From contig JAHDYR010000038.1 of NCBI GenBank assembly GCA_019828565.1, positions 388,735 through 452,734 on the forward strand: DNA of 64,000 nucleotides. Reading direction: 5' to 3'. Both the position numbers and the translations under genes were made by a program. Shown in pieces: positions 1-12,328 of this stretch. The notes below the pieces were generated by a model. It had not been told where the DNA came from. It saw nothing but the letters and a program-made list of their open reading frames with translations, and did no database searches. The stretch comes from Carpediemonas membranifera BICM. Lineage: Eukaryota > Protista > Fornicata. Numbering within the stretch: the first letter of the stretch is position 1; the number at the start of each line of letters is the position of its first letter.

Positions 1-3000
1 GACTCGACAGGGATGTGCTGGCCCTCTATGTTGAGAACAAGCCGGCCCTCGTTGGTAGAGGCAGTGCCAGTATAGTTGCCGACCGTCATGGTATACTGCG
101 AGCCGACAGACTCGAAATGAGTCTTGACTCCAGTTGCCGAGTCGGGCACCTCAATGCCGACCACGGTGGGAAGGGTCTCAGCCGCGTCTGTTGAACCCGT
201 GGGATCGAGCACAACATGGAAGGGCAGTGTGGAGAGCGAGGCAGACACCACGCTGTCCGCAGCGACGCAGCTGACAGTTCCACGAGCAGCATCGACAGAA
301 ACATCGGCGGTAAGGATGTTGCCAAAGGCGCCAGAGTCGATTTCGAGAGAGCAGAATCCGATCTGGGTATCAGTGGCGATATCTATGGTGGATTCGGAGA
401 TCGTCACGGTCCCGGGCGGGCTGGGGTCGATTGCCAGGCTGTCAATGGCGAGGGCGACATCAGTCGAGGAGCCGTCGCTCATGGTGACAGTCATGGTGTA
501 GGACCCGGCGGGGAGGGTGCCGTCGGCGTTGGCCACTGGCACGACGAACGCTCTGTTTGAGTCGACCTTGGAGAAGTAGGTGGACATGGAGCAGCTCACA
601 GCCATAACTTCGTTCGATTCGGTCCCGTTGATGCTGATGACGCTGGTGGGCTCGTCGGTGGGCCTGGGCACAAGCGTTGAGACATCGAGCGCGAGGAATG
701 AAAGAGTAATTGCCTTCGTAACCACGGCCCCGAGTGTGTTCTTAGCAGTCACAGCGACTGTATGCGTGCCACTCCCGGTCGAGTCGGATGGAGTCAGCAC
801 AAGTGCCCCGCCGTCCTCTGAGACTGCGACCCAGGCGGGGGTCGTGTCCTCGAGCGAGAGAGTGATCGCCCCACCGCTCGGGTCGGAGTTCACAAAGGCT
901 GGAGTGACGCTGGTCGTAGAGGCTGATGCTATTGTATAGGCCGACTCAAAAGACTCCGACTCGCCCAGAGTTACCACGGTCACTGACGACGAGTAGTCGG
1001 CCTTCGTCCCGGCAATGGTCAGGCTGTAGGCCAGGGTCGCCGCGGACGTCTCCTGGGAGCACCGGATGACTTGGACAGAGTCGACTGTTTCAATGACGCA
1101 GCCGGTCGAGTCCCACGTGCTGCCCTTGGCCAGGGTGTACGGCGTGTCGGCCGGGTAGACCTCGAACAGGGGCGGGACAGCATTGGAGCTCTCGTTGAGC
1201 CCGACAGCAATGCTGGATCGAACGAGGACACAGGCTGTCCCGGATACGAACTGGCTGAGCCCAGTAGGGCAGGCGTCACAGCTGGTCTGGGGGCCTGTGG
1301 CGGCCGAATACTGGTCCATGCCGCAGTCCTTGCAGATGTCCCGTCCCGCGGTGTCCTGGTACTTGCCGCTGCTGCACTCCACCACTGACAGCCGGTCAAT
1401 GGCGACGCCGTAGCCCTTACTGGCCTTCTTACAGACGTTCTGGCCCGTCTCGTCCTGGTACTCACCTTCTCCATCACATGCCTGCTCATCGATATGGTCT
1501 CCATCGTCAGAAACATAGTGCCCGGCCCCAGCCAGCTTGCACGAGTCTTGGCGCGTCTCGTTCTGGTAGTACCCGCTGCCGCACATCACCTGGCTGGTCC
1601 TGGTGTCCGAGGGTTCATAGCCCAGGTCGTTCACCTTGCACACAGTCTGCCCCGCCTCATCCTGGTACTCTCCTGACCTGTTACAGCTCCGGGTGGTCGA
1701 GTCCCAGAAGCTCATAGTCCCAGCGACATTGTCGTGGCAGGATGTCCGCGTCTCGTCCGGGATCTGGTAAGGTCCGAAGGGACATGGCTCCTGAGACATG
1801 GCGCCACTGGACGCCTGGGCAACGAAGCCGGGGGCCGGGGCATGACACATGCCTCCGTAAGAGGAGGAGAACGTGCCTTCAGCACACGCGATACACGCGA
1901 CTGAGTCTATATCCCATGAAGATCCGGCCGGGCAGCGCTGGGCTGGGTCGGCGGCGATGCAGACGTCGGGGGGGACACCAAGGCGGGTGACATCGAGGAC
2001 GATCTTCGTCGAGTCCTCTGCATCGAAGGCGTAGCTGGCGATGAAGGAGTCAAGCACCGCCATGCCATGCCCGAGGAACAGGGCCGGCCCGGTGGCCATC
2101 CGCTGACTCTCCAGGGTCCACGCGCCCTCGGTGTCGTCGGTCCACGTCGTGTATCCACCGAAGATGCCCGCACCGTTGCTCAAAGTAGGCGTCCCGGCGA
2201 TAATGCGGTTGCTATCGATAGTCACGCTGAATCCAAGGTGCGTATTTGACCTCGTTCCCTCGAGTCGCAAGGTCTGGGCGATCAGGGCTGTCGTGGGACC
2301 GTCGAACAGGTCATAAACATGCACCTCGCCGGTCTCAGTGGCGCCAGAGACGGGATCGTCGGCCTCATTCGACCCCATCACCAGGATGCTGCCGTAAAGT
2401 GCGGGCCTTAAACTGCGGGGATATTGGTGAGAGAGGGCGAAGGAGTACGAGGCGGAGTAGACGGTGACGGTGCTGGAGGAGAGCGAGGAGCCGTCGTTGT
2501 AGACCAGGAAGTCGTCGTTCATCACCATGGAGGAGAACTCGTCGATGGTCACGCCGGTCTTGGTCAGGCCGTTGTCGAGAGTAAATGTGCCGTCGACGAG
2601 CTCGTAGAAGTAGATGGATGCGTCTAGCTCAGCGCCAATGGCGACAGTGGCGTTGCTTACCGCCACGCAGATGCCGAAGTGGCTCTGGTCATTGGCAGCA
2701 GGATTCTCAATCATGGCGTAGTAATCAATTGATTCGGCCCCTATCTCGTAAACATAGACTGCGCCCTGTTCCGTCGACGACCCGTCAGTCTTGTGCGCGC
2801 CGATCACAAGGTAGTCGTCGGTGGCTGCCAGGCTCTTGCCGAAGCCATCACCAGTGGTGGTTTGGTGGAGTATGCTATACGTGCTGCTCGATGTAAATGT
2901 CGCATAGTTGAAGTAAATCACTGATCCGAGAGACGAGTCATCGACGTAGTTCCCAAGCACAAAGAACCCACCAGCAGCCAGCACACAGGGCGACTCTGCG

Positions 3001-4397
3001 CTGGTCGACCCGATCATATCAGAGCCGGGGAGGGTCTGGCTGACGGCAGTGGAGTAGTCTGCGGGGTATAGCCTGGCGTAGGAGCTGTAGTGGTCTGGGC
3101 AGTTGGAGATTACAGTGGCAGCGCCGAGGGTGAACCCAGAAGTTGCCGTGAGACACTCGGTCTGGCCTGTATCAGGCTGGTACGTGCCCGGCGGGCATCT
3201 GAGGCAGTGGTGCATGTCAGTAGAGGCGCTGTAGTACCCTGCGCGGCACGGCACGCACTGGTCACTGTCGGCCTCGAACCCAGCTGGGCATGACGAAAGC
3301 GTATACGCAAACAGACGCTTGCCAGTGCTGTCCATCAGAATGATGCGATCATCAGTCATCCACAGCCCAGTCACACCTAGCGTGAGGCCGTCCTCTGCGA
3401 CGTCTGGCGCCAAGGCGTGCTCGTACTCGTATGAAAGGTGGCCCGCGTCGCTGTCGTAGTAGTAGAGCAGCACAGCCGTGTCATAGTACGTGTTAGCAGG
3501 ATCAGGCAGCGTCGCAGTCAGGGCGACCCAGGGTCCTGCGGTGGCTAGGCTGTGTTGGGCCTCGGTGCCAGGGCCAAAGGGGTTGTCGACACTGTTGGCG
3601 ACCTCGGGGACATAAGATCCGTATTGCGGGGTGACTCCGTCCACTGTGAAGAGCTTCGTCATGTTCATCACTACCGCGGCCTGTTCGTTGAGCCCGTTGA
3701 TACTGTAGAGCTCGACCGTCCCAGCATCGGTGTCAAGGCTGGTCATGTCGAGGGTGAAAGCGACAGTGAGGGTCATCATAACGCCTGAGACAACAGCGAC
3801 GGGCGACTCGCCCGACCCGAATGCGATCTTCTTGCCGAGCTGGGAGACCCCGTCGACGTTGGCCGTGGCGGCGTATGACCATTCAGAGGGATCGGAGGGG
3901 TCGGATGTGAGCACGATGAGGGCGGATGAGGCATCTGGATCGAGCACGTCGCAACCGACGAGGGCGTATAGGGTGTCGTCAGCAGATGACACAGCGATGG
4001 TGTCACCGCATCGGTTGTTCATGGTAAGGTCGGTAACATCAGTGATGAACGTGACAGTGTTGGAGGCGACGGCGTAGACGTGGAATCCGCCGTATGTGCC
4101 AAGGGAGGGGTTGCCGATCAGAAGGATACCATCAGCGTAGGCAACAGAAGCGCCGAATGAGCCGGAACCCGTGATCGTCTCGATATGATACCACTCATAG
4201 TTGTCACTGAATGCGTATACGAGAACTGCATTGGCTTCAGTGAAGCCTACGAAGAGATTATCAGAAGAAACAGCAACAGAGGTGATCTGGTCAATGATAC
4301 CGAGCGTTTCGAACGGGCGGAGCACTTGGTAAGCTAATGCAGCGCTAATACACAACAAAACTACTGCCAAGGTCGCTAATCGACTGGTAATGGGCAT
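1..4397 (-). CDS. Large secreted/surface protein with beta-propeller (FG-GAP-like) segments and Cys-rich GCC2/GCC3 (ephrin-receptor-like) repeats; runs off the left edge
   Basis: ATG at 4397 followed by signal peptide MPITSRLATLAVVLLCISAALA. The translated part contains CPAGFEADSDQCVPCRAGYYS..CLRCPPGTYQPDTGQTEC and FGKSLAATDDYLVIGA motifs. Absent from the ORF track, consistent with no stop inside the window. Confidence 0.8.
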   Translation of the reverse strand, partial: MPITSRLATLAVVLLCISAALAYQVLRPFETLGIIDQITSVAVSSDNLFVGFTEANAVLVYAFSDNYEWYHIETITGSGSFGASVAYADGILLIGNPSLGTYGGFHVYAVASNTVTFITDVTDLTMNNRCGDTIAVSSADDTLYALVGCDVLDPDASSALIVLTSDPSDPSEWSYAATANVDGVSQLGKKIAFGSGESPVAVVSGVMMTLTVAFTLDMTSLDTDAGTVELYSINGLNEQAAVVMNMTKLFTVDGVTPQYGSYVPEVANSVDNPFGPGTEAQHSLATAGPWVALTATLPDPANTYYDTAVLLYYYDSDAGHLSYEYEHALAPDVAEDGLTLGVTGLWMTDDRIILMDSTGKRLFAYTLSSCPAGFEADSDQCVPCRAGYYSASTDMHHCLRCPPGTYQPDTGQTECLTATSGFTLGAATVISNCPDHYSSYARLYPADYSTAVSQTLPGSDMIGSTSAESPCVLAAGGFFVLGNYVDDSSLGSVIYFNYATFTSSSTYSILHQTTTGDGFGKSLAATDDYLVIGAHKTDGSSTEQGAVYVYEIGAESIDYYAMIENPAANDQSHFGICVAVSNATVAIGAELDASIYFYELVDGTFTLDNGLTKTGVTIDEFSSMVMNDDFLVYNDGSSLSSSTVTVYSASYSFALSHQYPRSLRPALYGSILVMGSNEADDPVSGATETGEVHVYDLFDGPTTALIAQTLRLEGTRSNTHLGFSVTIDSNRIIAGTPTLSNGAGIFGGYTTWTDDTEGAWTLESQRMATGPALFLGHGMAVLDSFIASYAFDAEDSTKIVLDVTRLGVPPDVCIAADPAQRCPAGSSWDIDSVACIACAEGTFSSSYGGMCHAPAPGFVAQASSGAMSQEPCPFGPYQIPDETRTSCHDNVAGTMSFWDSTTRSCNRSGEYQDEAGQTVCKVNDLGYEPSDTRTSQVMCGSGYYQNETRQDSCKLAGAGHYVSDDGDHIDEQACDGEGEYQDETGQNVCKKASKGYGVAIDRLSVVECSSGKYQDTAGRDICKDCGMDQYSAATGPQTSCDACPTGLSQFVSGTACVLVRSSIAVGLNESSNAVPPLFEVYPADTPYTLAKGSTWDSTGCVIETVDSVQVIRCSQETSAATLAYSLTIAGTKADYSSSVTVVTLGESESFESAYTIASASTTSVTPAFVNSDPSGGAITLSLEDTTPAWVAVSEDGGALVLTPSDSTGSGTHTVAVTAKNTLGAVVTKAITLSFLALDVSTLVPRPTDEPTSVISINGTESNEVMAVSCSMSTYFSKVDSNRAFVVPVANADGTLPAGSYTMTVTMSDGSSTDVALAIDSLAIDPSPPGTVTISESTIDIATDTQIGFCSLEIDSGAFGNILTADVSVDAARGTVSCVAADSVVSASLSTLPFHVVLDPTGSTDAAETLPTVVGIEVPDSATGVKTHFESVGSQYTMTVGNYTGTASTNEGRLVLNIEGQHIPVE

Positions 4398-4699
4398 CGG
4401 TTGTCGTTGTCAACGATATCGAAACAGTATCTTCCTGTATCTTTCTGTCAGATTTGGGTTGACATGAAGCGAAGCAACGAAGATAACCACGTTTCATGAG
4501 CTCGAGACCTCGCAGCATGCTTGCTTGTCCACTTCAGTGTTGGCGACAACCACCCGCCTTATGGCGAGGGTAACCCCCCTGCTTGGCGTGGAAGCGGTGT
4601 CGATTCATCTGAACTGGGTCTTGGTGGTACAACGGCTGGGCAGACTCGGTGAGGGAAATTCCGCTCGAGGGATCGACTGTCGTGGGGTTGAGGGTGTGC

Positions 4700-5690
4700 A
4701 GGATGAGCTATAGGCCGCGCTTGACCCCGACTGACTCCTGAAAGTGTACTGGATGTCTGAAGTTCAACGAGAGCACCGCAGTAAGCCGTCCTCGTTCACT
4801 GGTTGGTGGACCACTAGGTCTCGGGACCTGAGCCGCATGTCTGGAGAGAAGAAGAACGTCGTGCGGTGCATGAACTCCACCTGGGCTCCGCAGGTCTTGT
4901 TGGGCAGGGGACCGACTTGCAAGAGTGCTTGTGATGCACGTTGACAGATGACGCCAGATAACGACTCCGGCCGACTAGGGCTCGGGCCAGACGCCCCCAG
5001 CTTTGGGGCGGGGGCCAACCTGGGTGGTGAGGTCGGCCTGCCCCACGAATCCATCCACACATTCACCCCCGTCCCCTTGCCGGGCCCCATCTCCCATGTG
5101 TGGCTGTTCGGTCGGAGCACCTTCGTCCTTGGCGAGCGTCTGTGGTTTACGGGGCACTATAGGGCAGCGTACGGTCAGCTGGAGGACCTTTCAGCGGATG
5201 AGAGCCACTAGTGCGCCTTTGGCTCGAGATCGACGGCGAGTGGTTTCGGTGACGGCCGGATTGGATGAAGGGCGTGGTCGTCAGCAGACCTATGAGATTT
5301 GTACAGGTTTCTCGGCAGTTCAGACAGGCTGTTGGAGTCGAGAGACACTGACGAGGACGAAGGGCAACAGTTGAAAGAATCCGCGGCGAGCACGGGGATA
5401 AAGCAAACGATCCACCGAATGATCATCCATACTGTCCAGAAGCCTTCAGAATGCCTGAAGTAAGCCAGCATCAAGCTCCAGCTTGTCCTCAATAGCGTGA
5501 GCCACGTCAGATGAAGGCTCAACTGATGTGTATGCAAGGAGAAGGGTATAGAAGAGAGAAAGGCCGCTAGTAACCATGTTCTCGTCCTCCTTGAAAGCGT
5601 ACTTCGCTAGTTCGAGGGTTAGTTCGTTTGTGTCGGAATGGGTCTAGCTGTGCATCGCCGTGTATTTGATGCGGTCTAGCCCCTCCATGC
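4700..5690 (-). pseudogene. Possible degraded gene remnant
   Basis: Protein-like minus-strand frame (MEGLDRIKYTAMHS*THSDTNELTLELAKYAFKEDENMVTSGLSLFYTLLLAY...) interrupted by several stops; no family recognised. Confidence 0.25.
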
Positions 5691-5742
5691 CAGTCGAGCC
5701 ATGTCAAGCACGACAGGAAACAGTCGACAAACATTTATGGCC

Positions 5743-6570
5743 CTAGATCAGGGTGGCGAGGACAAGGAGCACGACCAGCAGACCCACCCGAGCCCAGACG
5801 GCGGCATCGTACGTGCTGAACATGAAGCTGGTTGTGGTTCCAGCCGCATTGATCTCGGAGAGCGCCTCCAAGTCTGCGAAGACCAGATTGATTATCTGAC
5901 CACCAGCGCTACCAACGGGGTTGTACACAACTGTCTCTGTCTCACTTCCAGGGATTCGATTGAGATCGCTGTCGGCCAAGAATCCTGACGTGGCGACTCT
6001 GAAATCCTCGGTGGTGCTGCCGGTCATAGTACTCATGGTCACGGCAACGACGCCGTTGAGTGTGTCATCGACTACGGTGCTTACGCCGCCAGCGATCGTG
6101 CCTTCTGGGTTATCAAACGTGGCATGCTTCGTAAACACCCAGCTGTCACTATCGTGGTCGTAATCGATGAAACCGTACTCGCTCGAGCCTGCGCCGACCA
6201 CCGAGGCGCCCAGTCTTGTGCTGTACAGCTGGGCGTCGACACTTTCGAAATTTGAAACGACTAGGGTGGAAGAGTGAGGGCTGCTCGGGGCGTGATCGTC
6301 GGAGACGAGGAGGACTTCCCTATGGACCGCGGGGAGCGCTGCGGGTCGGGTTGAGGGACGACATGGCGTCGTTGTCGGCTCTGAGGCGGGATCGAGTGGC
6401 CAGGCGGATCTTGCGCATGGGGCTGAGCGTGTTAACGATGCTTGTGAACTCCTGTCACAGGTAGTACTCGCTGCTGTCTGAACAGGAGCCGGTGGCGTCG
6501 ACGGCGATGCTAAGGCGGGGTCGACTTGTACTGGGAGTCGATTGAGCGTAGCCCCAGGTCGGTATTGACA
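5743..6570 (-). pseudogene. C-terminal part of a membrane-anchored surface protein, paralog of 14147..15403; no clear start
   Basis: Shares YGFI(D/E)YD, LAD..(L/M)..I.G.E..(I/V)VY and the C-terminal DAA(V/A)W..VGLL.VLL.L anchor with the 14147 protein. Frame is open to ~6570 without an ATG. Confidence 0.55.
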
Positions 6571-6599
6571 TCTCTAGCACATATACACACGTATAAACA

Positions 6600-8015
6600 C
6601 TACACCAACTCCTCTGTGTGCGCCGTGACCGGGAACGCGGCGCCGCTGTTGGGGTAACCTGCGAAGAAATCGGCCAGATTAGACCGCCATCCATGGTCAA
6701 ACTGGTTGTGCCAGACGCCATTCTCGTATCTGATGTAGTCATATCGCATCCAATTGATTGCCTCATTAGTCGTCAGATTTGTCAAAATATTCTTGACCTG
6801 CTGATGGAACAAACGATAAACGAAAGGCAACGTGGCCCCAGCGATGGCAGCCATGACCACCGTCCCTGATCTGAGCACCGCAATCCTCCACAGCTTTGCC
6901 CACAGACTGCCTTCGAGTCCGCCGACGTGGCAGACAACCATAGTCAAGGGAAGAACAGTCGTGACCGCAAGCGCGACCATGGTGGCAAGTAGCATTGCCA
7001 TAAACTGCCGGATATTACCCGCACCGATGCAGCAGTTTGTCCAGACGCAGTGGTGGTCGTGCCGCCTGATACACACGTCGCACGAACGGCAGTGCTTGCT
7101 GCGGAGGGGCTTTTTGACGTGGCAGGACTCGCAGATCGGCTGCTCCTTCGTGTAGTCGATCTTTGAGTGTGGGTCGTCGTTGGTGATAACGCCGGGGTTC
7201 GCTCGATTGGTGATTACTAGAAGAACGAGGGCTGCTACGGTGGGCAAAACCGCGAATATAAACACGTAAATGGGGTGGGGTGAGGGTATAACCCCGAAAA
7301 GGAACGTCGTGACGATTGCCGCGACAAGGCCAGCGAAGTACACCAGCAAGCCGACCGGGGCACGCCTCACACGATGCCACCAGGCCGTCTGCCCTCTTCG
7401 AATACCGTACACAAGGCCCTGGAGCTGCTTTGCCTCAGCAAGTCTTGCGGGCGTGGCACCGTCCAGGTCTAGTGGTTCGAGCGCCACGCCCCGGCCCACG
7501 AGGAAGACCACGTTCTCGTAGTTCCCGCCCATGACCGCTGCGTGGAGAGGGGTCCGCTTCCTAGCGTCAGTGGCCTCTAGGTCGGCGCCGTGTCTTGCCA
7601 GGAGCCGCACAAGATGGGGCGACCCCTGCTCGCACGCCCAGTGGAGCGGGGTGCGGCCCTGGGCGTCCCTGGAGTTGATGTCTGCGCCTCTAGTGACCAA
7701 GAGGCCGGCGGTGACCGGGTAGTCGCCCTGGATGGCCAGGTGGAGGGGGGTGAGGCCGTTGGCTTCTTTCTCCTCAATGTGCAGGGCGCCAACTGGGTCG
7801 GAGAGCAGGAAGTCCACTACTGCTGCGTGGCCTTGCTGGGCTGCGCGTGCTAGGGGCGTCATTTGCGCTGAATCCTTCGACATTCTTTCGCCTGCATCGA
7901 TAAGCTTCTGCACGCGGGCAAGATCGCCGTTCCAGCACGCCCAGTGCATTGATGTCTCTGTATTGCTATTCACCTCATCGTTAACCACAGCGTTCTGCCG
8001 TGGTGCCTCGTCCAT
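6600..8015 (-). CDS. Ankyrin-repeat DHHC palmitoyltransferase (Akr1/ZDHHC17-like)
   Basis: Several TPLH ankyrin repeats, TM helices, CxxC..KPLRSKHCRSCDVCIRRHDHHCVWTNCCIG, NLTTNE motif. Likely start is MDEAPRQ (8015). Confidence 0.92.
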   Translation of the reverse strand: MDEAPRQNAVVNDEVNSNTETSMHWACWNGDLARVQKLIDAGERMSKDSAQMTPLARAAQQGHAAVVDFLLSDPVGALHIEEKEANGLTPLHLAIQGDYPVTAGLLVTRGADINSRDAQGRTPLHWACEQGSPHLVRLLARHGADLEATDARKRTPLHAAVMGGNYENVVFLVGRGVALEPLDLDGATPARLAEAKQLQGLVYGIRRGQTAWWHRVRRAPVGLLVYFAGLVAAIVTTFLFGVIPSPHPIYVFIFAVLPTVAALVLLVITNRANPGVITNDDPHSKIDYTKEQPICESCHVKKPLRSKHCRSCDVCIRRHDHHCVWTNCCIGAGNIRQFMAMLLATMVALAVTTVLPLTMVVCHVGGLEGSLWAKLWRIAVLRSGTVVMAAIAGATLPFVYRLFHQQVKNILTNLTTNEAINWMRYDYIRYENGVWHNQFDHGWRSNLADFFAGYPNSGAAFPVTAHTEELV

Positions 8016-8444
8016 CGTTGACGCGCCCGTTCTTCGTGTCAACTCGGCCGAGTCAGCAACGGTGGCATGCAGCGCCGACGCAGCGAGGACGCTACCTTGA
8101 GTGCCGGCCCGACATCTCCACCCTCGGCTCCTGAATGATGGCCCAAAACAGTGTTCTCTGTTGTCATGACACCGATGTGACCCTAAACTGCGGGAGTTGG
8201 TTGCATAAAACTCATTCGTAACACGGCACACCGATCGGCGTGCCTGTTGACAGCCGATGGAAGCGATGACTCAATGCGACCATGTGGTGGTGTGCTTGGG
8301 TGGCCGAGTCCCGGTTGACAGGCGCACATTTGCTGTGGCCTTCGAGTTGATGGCTCAGAAGCGCTTCAACGTGTTCCAAGCTTATAAGTGACGGAGGAGG
8401 CCTGGCGATGGGTCGGGGCGGGTGTAAATGCTGAGCCAATCTCT

Positions 8445-11400
8445 TTACATATACATGTCGTTCAGCGTGCGCAGGCCCGGGGCGCTGGGCGCGTTCGTGC
8501 GGTATGTCGCGGTGACCGTGCCCATCGCGGCGAGCGCGGCTGCTCTCTCGTCTTCGGACAGCGTCATCCAGGGCGCGCTGGCGTTCGCGAAGGTGCCGAC
8601 CTCGTGGTTGCGCACGGCGCTCTCCGTGTACATCTCGGTCGCGACACTGTCGGGCAGCGCGGTGACGACCTCCGCGAAGGTGGGGCGGTCGCGCGGGTCG
8701 GGCGCCACGCAGCGGCGGATCAGCTTGCCCACGGCCGCCGGCGTGCCCGCGGGGATCATCGGCCGGTAGCCAGCCCGCACGTGCGCGCGGATGGCGTCGA
8801 GCCCGAGGCGCTCCTGGCGGTACGGGATGTCGCGCGCGGCGATCTCCCAGAGCGTGATGCCGAAGGCGTAGACGTCGGCCTTCTCGCCGCCCACGCCGTC
8901 GAAGCGCTCGGGCGCCATCCACGGCCACGAGCCCTCGACGTCCGCCACGCGCTGGTCGAGCCGCGCGGTCAGCCCGAAGTCGCTGATCTTGGCGCTGCCC
9001 TTCGCGACGAGGACGTTGAGCGACTTGAGGTCCCTGTGCTCGTAGCCCTCGCCCACGATGAACGCCATGGCCGCCGCGATGTCGCGCGCGAACTGCAGCC
9101 GCGCGTCCCAGGGCAGGTCGGCCTTCAAAGCAGCAGCGCCGAGAGCGACCCCGACGCGAGCTCGAGCGCGAGCCGGATCTCCCGGTCGTCCTGCTCGAGC
9201 GCGTAGAGCGCGACGACGTTGCTGTGGCGCAGCTGCTTGTGGACGAAGATCTCGTTCTGCAGCCGACTGGCCTGCACCGCGTTCAGGTCGGCCCGCGCGA
9301 CGACCTTGACGGCGCAGTCGGTGCCGCCGTACGTGCCGCGGAAGACGGCCATGCTGCCCTTCTTGACTGTCTGCGCAGCCGTCTTGCCCTTGTACGTCGC
9401 GGCCCGGTCGGCGCCGTGCTTCAGCAGCAGGCTGACGATGTCGAAGTTGCCCGCCTTGACGGCAGCGAAGAGCGGCGGCATCTTGCCGTCCACGCCGTTC
9501 GCGGACACGCCCGCCGCGAGCAGCCGCTTCACGGCAGCGGTGTCGCCCTGCATGATGGCGTCGCTGAGCTGCTTCGTCAGGGCGTCGTTGATGGCGGCCC
9601 GGATCACGCCGGCCATGAGCGGGTCGGCCACGCCCTTGACGGCCTGCAGCGCGTTGACGCCGACCGGCGGGAGGAGGGGGTCGGCGCCGCGGGCGAGCAG
9701 CTTCGTCGCGGAGTCCCAGTGGCCGCCCTGGATGGCGACCACGAGCGCAGTCGTGTTCCGGCTGACGGTGTCGAGATCAACCCTCGTATCAAGCATCGCG
9801 GCCAGCATCGGCGGCTTGGCGACGGCGGCCAGCAGCGGGTGGCCGTCCGGAAAGGCGTCGTCGAGCAGGCAGCCGGCCTTGAGCAGCGCCGCGAAGGCCT
9901 GCGGCTGGTCGTGCACGAACGCGCTGTGCAGCGGCGACCGACCCTCGCGGTCGAGGCAGTTGAGGACGACGGGGCTGAACTTGACACTCCGGAGCAGCGT
10001 CTTCGAGCGCATCATGCCGACGTCGCCGCTGATGATGTGCGCGTGGAGCTCGTCGCTCCTCTCCAGCGCCTCCTTGACGCGGCCTCTGAGCGCGGGCATC
10101 GGGTCATTGGCGAGCGCCTGCACGGGCTGGAGGCGGGCGAGGTCGGTCCTCAGCGCGAGCACTCGCGCCTCGTGCTGCTCCGCGTGCGGGCCGGCGGCGG
10201 CCAGCAGGCGCTTGGCGTCGCTCAGATCCGCGGCCACGTAAAGCGCTTCGTCAACAGCGTTGAGAGCACGTGTTTCAGCCAACAGTGTCAGTAACATAGG
10301 GTGGCGGTTGAGTAGCTCGAGAAGGGCTTCAACATCGGCGGCTTGGCTCGACGTGAATCCGGTAGGACCAAGAGAGACGGTGCATTCGGGGTGAGCCAGC
10401 CTCATCTCGAAGGAGCGGGGCAGGCCCGTGGCGAGGATGTGTATGACGACCCGCGCCAGGTCGGCGAGGTAGAGGGGCGAGTCGTCGGACGGCAGGCGGA
10501 TGTCGGCGCCGAGCGTGGGTTGGGCGCAGACCTCCTCGATCTCTGGTGAGTTAGTGGAGGGCCACTGCTTGGCGGTGTTGTCGGAAGATCCAGAGAGCAG
10601 GGTCGACCCGTCTGGGGAGAATGCGACGCTCCACACAATATCGGCATGACCCCAGAGCGTTTTTAAGCACTCGCCGCTGCCGATGCTCCAGAGCTTAATG
10701 GTGTTGTCACCAGACCCAGAGGCGAGGGTCCTGCCGTCGGGCGAGAAGGCGACGCTGATGACAAAGCTCGCGTGCCCCCTGAGGACAGCGACGCACTCCC
10801 AGGTCCTGGTGTCCCAGAGTCTGATGGTGCTGTCGCAAGACCCAGAGGCCAGCAGAGCGCCGTCCGGGGAGATGGCGACGGAGAGAACCCAATCTGAGTG
10901 CCCTTCCATCGTCCTGCACACGCCGGTGGCGACGTCCCACGTCCTGACTGTCTTGTCATATGATCCGGACACCAGCGTCTTGCCGTCTGGGGAGAAGGCG
11001 AGGCTTCTCACATCATTGGTGTGTCCCTCGAGCGTCTTGACGAGTCTGCCGGTCTGGTCCCACAGCTTGATCTTGTGGTCAGTCCCGCCCGAGGCGATGG
11101 TCGACCCGTCCGGGGAGACGGCGATGCACCGAACAGCCCCGCCATGCTCCATCGTCGTCGTGCACACGCCGCGCTTGTCCCTCAGCTTGGTCGTCCCATC
11201 CCATGACCCGGTGACCATGGTGCCGTCAGGGAGGAAGGCGACGCTGGTCACGTTAGTGGTGTGACCCTTCATCGTCTGGATGCGCTCAGCCATCCTCGCA
11301 TGCCAGGCAGCGAGCAGATCGTCGACGGCGCTGTCGGGCTTGTCGGCGGCCAGCTTTCCATACCTCATCGTGACAGTGAGGTCGGGCTCAGTCAGCCTCA

Positions 11401-12328
11401 TGCTGAACTCTCTGGGCAGCCCGTCCAATGTCGAGAGGTGGTCGAGGACGCGGCCGAGGTCTGTAGCGGTGAGGGGCGTGGATCCGATGGGCTTGAGGTG
11501 GAGCTTGTCCTCTGGGGCGAAGATGCGCGTAGTGGCGTCGCTGATCATGTCCTCTACTGCTCTGCACTCGCGGCTGCGTGATATTCTCGGGGAGGACGCA
11601 CCATTGCTCGGATACACTGCGTAAGCGCTCTTAACTCGCCGCGGGCTGCATATCTGCACCGAAGCTGCGGGGAACGTACCAGCTGTGTAAGTGGGTGGCG
11701 TGGAACGAACTTTCTGCATCGTCGCTGATTCATCTCGCTGAATTTGGATGGTGTTTGCGACTGAGCAGTCCGACATCGTGACGTCCCAAAAGTTCGTGTT
11801 TGTCCAGGTGTCTCTGGTGGCAGCCATCGTCGAGATGGCGTGACTCGCCGCCCACTGCGGGGTGATGCCGCCAATCAAATGATGAGCCTCCTTCCTCGGC
11901 CCCAGGTCGCACACGACGAGTTGCCTCGATCTGTCTCCCGTCACAGCCACGAGCTTCGTCCCTACAGCCGTGAGCACGTGGGCGCCCTGTTCTGCGTCGG
12001 GCAGGATGTGGTCTCTGTGGGGGTGGCTGTTGAACGAGCCGTTGTTGTGGTATACAACTGCCCCACCGCGCTCGTCGCCGGCGATGATGTGGCCTTGGGC
12101 CGAGAACGAGGCAGCCATCATTGATCGCTGACACCTATGGTTCGAGAAGACCGTCAGGGGCCGAGTAAGATGTCTCGCGTCCCACAGCTTGACGGTCGAG
12201 TCCCGACCCGAGCTGAGTATCTCCCCATGCGGCGAGACGTCGAGAGTGTTGAGAGCATGTCGGTGTGCCCTCACAGCCTCACCCCAGGTGCCGTCGATCA
12301 GGCCATGTAGAGGCGAGGCAGCGGCCAA
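8445..12328 (-). CDS. WD40-repeat + ankyrin-repeat + TKL-like protein kinase; 1-nt frameshift at ~9127
   Basis: GH..W.D WD40 repeats, then ankyrin repeats, then kinase N-lobe (CAVK, NEIFVHKQLRHSNVV) in the 9125..12328 ORF. HRDLKSLN, DFG, WMAPE and DVYAFG lie in the adjacent frame 8445..9128. Confidence 0.85.
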
